Origin: Thainema sp.
GTDB lineage: Bacteria > Cyanobacteriota > Cyanobacteriia > Phormidesmidales > Phormidesmidaceae
DNA: 64,000 bases
Direction: 5' to 3'
Assembly: GCA_052168235.1 (NCBI GenBank)
Contig: JBQLZK010000041.1
Location: 1-64,000 of the forward strand
Shown: positions 1 through 5,727 of the stretch, piece by piece
Layout of the letters: each line of letters starts with the position of its first letter
Position numbering within the stretch: the first letter of the stretch is position 1
The notes under the pieces: model-generated
Database searches by the model: none
What the model saw: only the letters and a program-made list of their open reading frames with translations
Told to the model about the DNA's origin: nothing
Translations under genes and position numbers: made by a program

Positions 1-52
1 ATAAGGCCAACCCATAGCGCCGCTCCCCATCGGTGAACCAGCGAATGAACCG

Positions 53-80
53 GGCACTGGTCGTCTAGACGACCAGTGCC
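53..80. repeat. Perfect 28-bp palindrome (REP-like hairpin or terminator downstream of the PEP-CTERM gene)
   Basis: GGCACTGGTCGTCTAGACGACCAGTGCC equals its own reverse complement. Confidence 0.7.
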
Positions 81-107
81 TTATACAATGCACCCAATAT
101 TCAATCC

Positions 108-911
108 TCACAAAATTGGCTCTGAAGCTGGCTCAACAAGCACCGCAGATTTCCGTCTGAGCTGACCAACACCAAATAAAAGTCCCATGCCTAACCCTGC
201 ACCAATTACACCAAGCGCATTGCTCGCTTCTGGAACCGCTGTAATAGTTGTAGTCACACCAGTTGTAAAGTCAAACGCTGAGACGCCTCCACCAAAGCTG
301 AATGTTGTTGTTGTTCCCGACTTCAAGGGTTCAATCATAACGTAATAACCATCAGCAAAGGCTTTTTCAGTCGTTCCTATCGGAAGAAGAAACGGATTGT
401 TTTCGGCTGTTGTGTAGCTGAAGAAGTCGGGTGCAGTTGCTCAATAGTCAAACGGATTAGCAATCGGAACGCCATCAATGGTTGCTTCTAAGCTATCCAC
501 TAAATCAGCAATCATTGTTACCTGACTAGATATCTCTTGTTCGCTCAAACTCGGATCTTCAATGTCTGAGATGGAAACATTGACAAGCGGAAATAAAAGA
601 TATTTATTGCTCGGTACAGTGAATGTTCGAGTTGCACTTCCACCTGTTGTCCCAGCCACAAAGAAAATAGGCCCGGATTGATTAACGCCCGCATTTTCCC
701 CAGTTGTGTCTGAAAATGCATCATTTGGGCTAGATTGGCCTAAAGCCCATTGCCACCAATCGACTGTCCATTCACCAATCGTTTTGCCTGCAACCTCTGA
801 ATCAGGTGACACGATGGTCGCCGCATGAACCGGAGAGAGTGCGACCAAAACTGAAGCTGAAATCACAGAAATAAAAGATGCTGTACTGAAGTGCCTGTTA
901 TTTAACTTCAT
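108..911 (-). pseudogene. PEP-CTERM sorting-domain surface protein interrupted by one in-frame TGA (441-443)
   Basis: ORFs 441..911 and 108..338 are in the same frame. Reading through gives ...NPFDY*ATAPDFFSYTTAENNPFLLPIGTTEKAFADGYYVMIEPL.... It has an N-terminal signal peptide and a C-terminal VPEA + hydrophobic helix + RRK. Confidence 0.8.
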
Positions 912-1153
912 GTTTTTATTTCTTTAAATAAAAATGTAATTTCATCATAGGGCGAATCCCTGAAACTGCTGTATTCTTGTTTAAATCTTGAATAAAGTAA
1001 CACTGCTTCTTAATGATGCTTGAGTAAAAACACTAGCTACAGCTAAGATAATTAGCCATCGGTAAATAGTTCATTTGTATGCTTGAGCCCGTAGGGACTT
1101 CAAGAGGGTCTTCTCAGTAATCCTGTAATCAAAAAATCCTAGAGCGCCTAATT

Positions 1154-1168
1154 TGTATACGGTGTACA
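1154..1168. promoter_or_regulatory. Putative GntR-family operator, just upstream of a -10-like TAAGAT
   Basis: Imperfect palindrome TGTATAC-G-GTGTACA about 55 bp upstream of the gntR-family start; matches the GT-N-AC pattern of GntR-family sites. Confidence 0.45.
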
Positions 1169-1221
1169 GAGTAAGATGGATAAGATAACCAAACTTTGAA
1201 TGCGTTCAGCACGAGATATTT

Positions 1222-1911
1222 GTGGCTTTGTCTTCCCAACCCGCGATCCAGCGTGGTCAATCGTTATACGAGCAGGTCTATCAGGCATTGCGCAATGCCA
1301 TTTTGACTGGAGAACTAGCAGCGGGTCAGCGACTCGTTGAAACCCAGCTTGCGGAGTGGCTCAGCGTTAGCCGTACTCCTTTACGAGAAGCCTTGCGTCA
1401 GCTTCAGCAAGAGGGTTTGGTATCATCAGAAGCAAATGGTGGATTACGAGTCACGACGCTATCAATTGCCGATGCGATCGAACTATACGACTGCCGGATT
1501 GCGCTGGAGCAGCTAGCTGTGGCAGAAGCTTGTCGTCGAGCTACAGATGAGCAACTGAAACAGCTAGAGATGTACGTTGCCGAGGCGGAACAGTTCGCAG
1601 ATGCCCAGGAAAAACCGTCCAGTTCGTTTCAACTGCTGGAGTTAGACTATCAGTTTCATCATCTTATTGCCCAAAGTTCTGGTAATCAGCGGCTCACTGC
1701 ACTGCTGGAGCAGCTTTTTGATGCGATGGCGCTGTTGCGAATTCAGACGCTCCAGCACAATCCCAACGTGCTGGAAATTCGGCTAGAGCATCGGCAAATT
1801 TACACTGCGATCGCAACTCAGGATGCCGATGCTGCAACCGAGGCTATTGTCTCTCATCTGATTGCGAGTAAGCAGCGAGTGGCGCGCGAAATCAACGATC
1901 TAAGTAAATAA
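1222..1911 (+). CDS. GntR family transcriptional regulator (wHTH + FCD domain)
   Basis: LYEQVYQALRNAILTGEL..GQRLVETQLAEWLSVSRTPLREAL wHTH; FCD motifs DYQFHHLIA..SGN and EHRQIYTAI. GTG start. Confidence 0.92.
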   Translation: MALSSQPAIQRGQSLYEQVYQALRNAILTGELAAGQRLVETQLAEWLSVSRTPLREALRQLQQEGLVSSEANGGLRVTTLSIADAIELYDCRIALEQLAVAEACRRATDEQLKQLEMYVAEAEQFADAQEKPSSSFQLLELDYQFHHLIAQSSGNQRLTALLEQLFDAMALLRIQTLQHNPNVLEIRLEHRQIYTAIATQDADAATEAIVSHLIASKQRVAREINDLSK

Positions 1912-2038
1912 ACCCCCAATCATCACGTTAGGCAGCGGAAATTTTCTGCTTAGGCGCTATCGTTGCTTGCGCTGCGATCGCATCTTCCCAGAGCATGGCT
2001 TAGAGGGGATGTGAGATCGCGCTTTGTTCCTCATACCA

Positions 2039-2280
2039 TCAGTTATCAAGGGGGCTACGTACTCCTCGGTTGATACTTGTTCCTGTACAGCTAAGTGAGT
2101 CAAGAATTCCTCAATTTCTGGAACACCCATCTCCATCGGATGCCGTTTATTGTGGAAAAGGATATAGCGACGAATCCATTGAACGTAAGTTTCTTCAGTG
2201 CGGTAGGAGTAGTGTTTGAGGCGAATGGTGTCACGTACTTGGTCAAGTAGTTTCTTGGGACGAGGCTGAGGTGGCTGCAT
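2039..2280 (-). pseudogene. intI: Integron integrase (IntI) with an internal deletion of the catalytic domain
   Basis: The N-terminus KLLDQVRDTIRLKHYSYRTEETYVQWIRRYILFHNKRHP..IEEFLTHLAV is typical IntI. It is fused out of frame to an IntI-type C-terminus NRGVRSPLDN* (2039..2071). The 1957..2280 ORF tail is a frameshift product. Confidence 0.88.
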
Positions 2281-2360
2281 AGAGTGAATATATGTTGAGG
2301 GATGATAAATAAACTCTAAGCAGCGTGAGCCTGAAGTCGTAGGGGTGGTTATACTGATTT

Positions 2361-2482
2361 TTTCTGCCTAATCACCCAAATCAGGGTGTTAGGCTGACGG
2401 GTTTCTACCTAATCACCCAAATAGGCGTGTTAGGCTGACGAATTTCTGCCTAATCACCCGAATAGGGGTATTAGGCAGAAAG
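2361..2482. repeat. Three tandem ~41-bp palindromic repeats between intI and attI
   Basis: Units start at 2361, 2402 and 2443: TTTCT(G/A)CCTAATCACCC..GT(G/A)TTAGGC. Unit 3 has perfect 12-bp arms TTTCTGCCTAAT/ATTAGGCAGAAA. Confidence 0.88.
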
Positions 2483-2486
2483 TTTC

Positions 2487-2506
2487 ACTCTAATAAATAG
2501 TTAAAT
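2487..2506 (+). mobile_element. Integron attI-like site (predicted crossover G/TT at 2500-2502)
   Basis: ACTCTAATAAATAGTTAAAT resembles the attI1 simple site CCCTAAAACAAAGTTRRRY. It lies upstream of the divergent intI and precedes the first attC. Confidence 0.72.
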
Positions 2507-2675
2507 CGATGGCGGATTCAAAGGTTATTTTATAAGGCAAATATAGCAGTTGTCTGTTAGTGCTTGGGAATCCTAAAAGAGCGATCTCCGCCACGACTTA
2601 ACTACTCGTTGGAGCCGACGAACGCCGTTAGCCCGACGACGCTGACTAAGCGTCGTTCGCGGCTCAACTTCATTG
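2501..2675 (+). mobile_element. Integron cassette 1, ORF-less (~175 bp)
   Basis: Starts at GTTAAAT and ends in attC 2596..2681, whose R'' (ACTTAAC) is complementary to the start with one mismatch. Confidence 0.72.
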
Positions 2676-2681
2676 TTAGAC
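2596..2681 (+). mobile_element. attC site 1 (86 bp)
   Basis: R'' ACTTAAC ... GTTGGAGCCGACGAACG ... CGTTCGCGGCTCAAC ... R' GTTAGAC; imperfect palindrome with the classic attC box layout. Confidence 0.88.
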
Positions 2682-2705
2682 CGCCTCAAGTTATCAGAGA
2701 AGGCG

Positions 2706-2873
2706 ATGGAAAGCCAAGCTACATTAGATAAGAATAATTGCAACCCGGATACCTCTAAAGACGATTGCCGGATAATTAGAGTAGTAGAAATACTTACAGC
2801 ATTTCCCTGTGTGGTGAGGTACAGCCGCTGGCCTCAGGACAAGGGTTTTATGTCGATCCGTGTACCTCACTAG
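2706..2873 (+). CDS. Possible small (55 aa) leader ORF of cassette 2
   Basis: ATG at 2706 preceded by GAGAAGG just after attC1; MESQATLDKNNCNPDTSKDDC...; no recognisable family. Confidence 0.3.
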   Translation: MESQATLDKNNCNPDTSKDDCRIIRVVEILTAFPCVVRYSRWPQDKGFMSIRVPH

Positions 2874-2985
2874 CTTCAGAAACGCTGTATTCAAACAGCC
2901 CAATAAAACTCAACGGTGATTTTGCAGATAATAATTGCTGTTTTGTTGGTCTGCTGCGATTACCTTCTAGCAGAGGTTCTCAGGT

Positions 2986-3864
2986 ATGCCAAGCTCTCCA
3001 TCTACTCTCTTAAAACTTCGCACTGTTCAGTATCTTAAATTGTTAGACCACTTCATTTGTGTCAAAAATAGTTATCTTTTCTGGAAGCATATTGTACCTT
3101 TCACTATCTCTTGCCTCCTACTTCTCCTTCTATCAATTCCTAAAGATAACCTTTTACTAAATTTGAGCAATATATTACAAAAACCTGACTGGATATGGAT
3201 TCCTGCAATTCTACTAACAATAATTAGTATAGGAGTTTACATTGGAACTGTTTATGTCCAAGTGTGTAAATTATATCCATGTTCAAGATATGATATCAGT
3301 AGAACTTTAGGGACTTGTCTCCTTTATTCAATAACTTGCATTCTCATGGCTTATGCAGTATTGCTATCTGCATTAAGTCGTGACATTACGTTCGGAGATC
3401 TTTGGGCTTGTGTCTTGCTTACAGCTTTATCATTAACAGGTATAGGCTGGTCGGGTCCAAACTCATGGGTTGAAACAGTTGGGATTTCTTTCCCAAATTA
3501 TGAACATGGACGAAAATCAATAAAAAAAATCAAGCAGTTCCTAAAGAAGACACAAACTATCCCTACTAGCAAAAAGCAAGACGTACAAGATTTTGTGAAT
3601 ATGCTTGAAGTCTTGCGTGAAGATATTGACAATAATTCACGTCTTGAGCCAGCATGGTTTAGGCGTTATATAATTATAATTATTCGCTCTCTTGATGATT
3701 TAATAGAGCAAACAAAAATCTCTTTTCTGCAAAGCAATAACAGTTTGGCCATAGAGCAATTTGCTCCTGCTTGTAGAAAGGAATTGGCATTTCAATATTC
3801 AAACTTTACTTCTTCACTTGCTAGCTTTCAATCTGTGCTGACCCAAGCGGATACTGAGCTATAA
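2986..3864 (+). CDS. Hypothetical membrane protein (~4 N-terminal TM segments + soluble C-terminal domain), cassette-borne
   Basis: 292-aa ORF with four hydrophobic stretches in the first ~155 aa and a charged C-terminal half. Confidence 0.8.
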   Translation: MPSSPSTLLKLRTVQYLKLLDHFICVKNSYLFWKHIVPFTISCLLLLLLSIPKDNLLLNLSNILQKPDWIWIPAILLTIISIGVYIGTVYVQVCKLYPCSRYDISRTLGTCLLYSITCILMAYAVLLSALSRDITFGDLWACVLLTALSLTGIGWSGPNSWVETVGISFPNYEHGRKSIKKIKQFLKKTQTIPTSKKQDVQDFVNMLEVLREDIDNNSRLEPAWFRRYIIIIIRSLDDLIEQTKISFLQSNNSLAIEQFAPACRKELAFQYSNFTSSLASFQSVLTQADTEL

Positions 3865-3877
3865 AAGGAGGAAAACA

Positions 3878-5170
3878 ATGACTAATTTTGATTTTCATAA
3901 AAGCGACAGTTGCACGCATCTTCTTGCTCTAGCTTATCCCCCTCCAGATGGTAGATCAATTCTTAACTGGGTGCCATTTCAAGGGGGGGATCAGTTGTAT
4001 GAAATTATTGAGACATACAATAAAAAATGTCTCGCTCATTATCTCAATATGGGTTGGATACCCGAAAGTATAGAGGAGCAAGGAGACTGGATTATTGTTG
4101 TTCCACATGACTTGTCTGATATTGATACAGTGAGAAGAGAAGACTTTGCTAAGATCTATTTCTTGTTAATTGGTCTTGATCACGTAGAAGGTCAGGAATC
4201 AGCATTTGAGCGTGTGAAAGCGCGAATGATACCTCATAGACATAAGTATTATATTTCACAGGCTAGTACTAAAGAACAATCTACTTCGTGCCTATCAAAA
4301 TTTTTGTCAGTGCCTTTCTCTCCTTCTAATCCAGCAATTATTTCTCATCAAAAAGACTTTGAGAATTGGTTGGAAAATCTTCACGGAATTTATGCATATG
4401 CTTTAGGAGTCGCCAACTTTTCTCAATCATTACCAAAGACTCAAATATCCTTTAAAGACATTAAAGCGGTGGGAGTACTGCCTAGTACTGTGGATTTTGA
4501 AGGAGGAGAAAGATTTGACTTTGATAACAACATAATTTTGAGAGAAGAATATTTTAAGGCAATCCCAAAAATTTCTCTAAAGATTCGGGACTCTATCATT
4601 GAAAGTGATTTACCTATAGAAGAGATGTCTATAGAAGAGATGTCAGGGACTATCAAGGATCTGGCGTATAGAGAAGTATCCAAGGAACTTTCATCTATTC
4701 AAATCTCTGAATCAATCAGGACTCTTGATAGACCAAATGTTAATACAGAAAAAATTTTTGAACCATCTGAAGAAGCCAGAGCCGCTTTGGCTCAAGTAAC
4801 TAGCAATGTAATAGATGAAGGCAAGATTACACTAACTCCAGAATGGCAGCCTGTTGATTTGGTTGAAGTTTACTTGTCGGGCAGAGTGAAAGAGATGTCT
4901 TTGGGGCAACTAAAACGTGAGATGAATAAAGAACAATTTTCGGCATTGAGAGACTTAGGCATAAAAGGTAAGAGTCATTCAGTATTGTTATGGAATCATC
5001 AAACAACTTGGGATAAGCTCAGTGCTATAGACAACCTAGTGGAAACTCAAGAGAGAATATCTTGTTTGCCAATGAGATCTATTTTAGGTAATTCCAATTT
5101 TTCTTCTTTATCAAGTTCCACCCTCAATTTAGGTAGTTCAAACGACAATTTTGGAGGTATTAAGTTTTAG
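3878..5170 (+). CDS. Hypothetical soluble protein, cassette-borne
   Basis: 430-aa ORF with a strong RBS (AAAGGAGG), starting 13 bp after the previous stop and ending 16 bp before attC2. No motif recognised. Confidence 0.85.
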   Translation: MTNFDFHKSDSCTHLLALAYPPPDGRSILNWVPFQGGDQLYEIIETYNKKCLAHYLNMGWIPESIEEQGDWIIVVPHDLSDIDTVRREDFAKIYFLLIGLDHVEGQESAFERVKARMIPHRHKYYISQASTKEQSTSCLSKFLSVPFSPSNPAIISHQKDFENWLENLHGIYAYALGVANFSQSLPKTQISFKDIKAVGVLPSTVDFEGGERFDFDNNIILREEYFKAIPKISLKIRDSIIESDLPIEEMSIEEMSGTIKDLAYREVSKELSSIQISESIRTLDRPNVNTEKIFEPSEEARAALAQVTSNVIDEGKITLTPEWQPVDLVEVYLSGRVKEMSLGQLKREMNKEQFSALRDLGIKGKSHSVLLWNHQTTWDKLSAIDNLVETQERISCLPMRSILGNSNFSSLSSSTLNLGSSNDNFGGIKF

Positions 5171-5186
5171 ATGAACGTTTAGTGTG

Positions 5187-5274
5187 GTCTAACAAGCCCG
5201 CTGCACCGGAACGAATTTTAGCTATCGTTAAGACGTTAAAGGTTCTCTGCGTCCGGTGAGCGGGGTCGTTATCC
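5187..5274 (+). mobile_element. attC site 2 (88 bp)
   Basis: R'' GTCTAAC, CCCGCTGCACCGGA ... TCCGGTGAGCGGG, R' GTTATCC. Confidence 0.85.
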
Positions 5275-5389
5275 CAAAGCACAGTGAAGCCGCGCTAGAA
5301 TGGGCGGAAATGTTGTCCAAGCCAATACTCCTCAACTGAGCGCATCGTTGACTCCGGTTTCGGGTGGCTCCCCTCGATAAAGAAATGAC

Positions 5390-5719
5390 ATGGAAAAGCC
5401 AGCCAAAAACACGATTTGCCTTTGGTACGATGGCATTAAGCACAACGAAGCATTCTCATTTCAGGTTGCAACCGTTGACCAAGCTGAAACAGATCGCTAC
5501 TGGAACGCGATTGTCGGCAACGGCGGCTAGGAGAGCGCCTGCGGCTGGTGTAAAGATAAATGGGGAGTGTCCTGGCAGATTACGCCGATTACCCTGACGA
5601 ACGCGATCGCAGATCCCGATCCCGCTGTTGCTAAGCGGGCGTTCGATGCAATGATGCAGATGAGAAAAATCGACATCGCTGCAATCGAGGCGGCGTGCCG
5701 CTTGAATGAGCATATTTAG
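5390..5719 (+). pseudogene. PhnB-like VOC (3-demethylubiquinone-9 3-methyltransferase-like) pseudogene
   Basis: MEKPAKNTICLWYDG|IKHNEAFSFQVATVDQAETDRYWNAIVGNGG*ESACGWCKDKWGVSWQITP...AKRAFDAMMQMRKIDIAAIEAA. The internal segment after WYDG appears to be missing and there is a TAG at 5528-5530. Confidence 0.8.
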
Positions 5720-5727
5720 GATGAGAA

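Larger units (their letters stand above)
2676..5268 (+). mobile_element. Integron cassette 2 (~2.6 kb, two large ORFs)
   Basis: Starts GTTAGAC (2675) and ends in attC 5187..5274, whose R'' GTCTAAC is the exact reverse complement. Visibly AT-rich; I saw no HIP1 sites. Confidence 0.82.

Noticed and set aside
441..443. Selenocysteine recoding of the in-frame TGA
   Set aside because: No evident SECIS hairpin or redox-motif context; a CGA>TGA change is simpler.
1957..2280. Intact 107-aa integrase
   Set aside because: Residues after QEQVS come from an out-of-frame deletion junction, and the catalytic residues are absent.
2361..2482. CRISPR array
   Set aside because: The repeats are directly adjacent with no unique spacers and no cas genes; they sit in an integron context.
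2682..2985. Retron msr-msd upstream of the cassette genes
   Set aside because: Neither cassette ORF shows reverse transcriptase motifs (no YADD-like motif).
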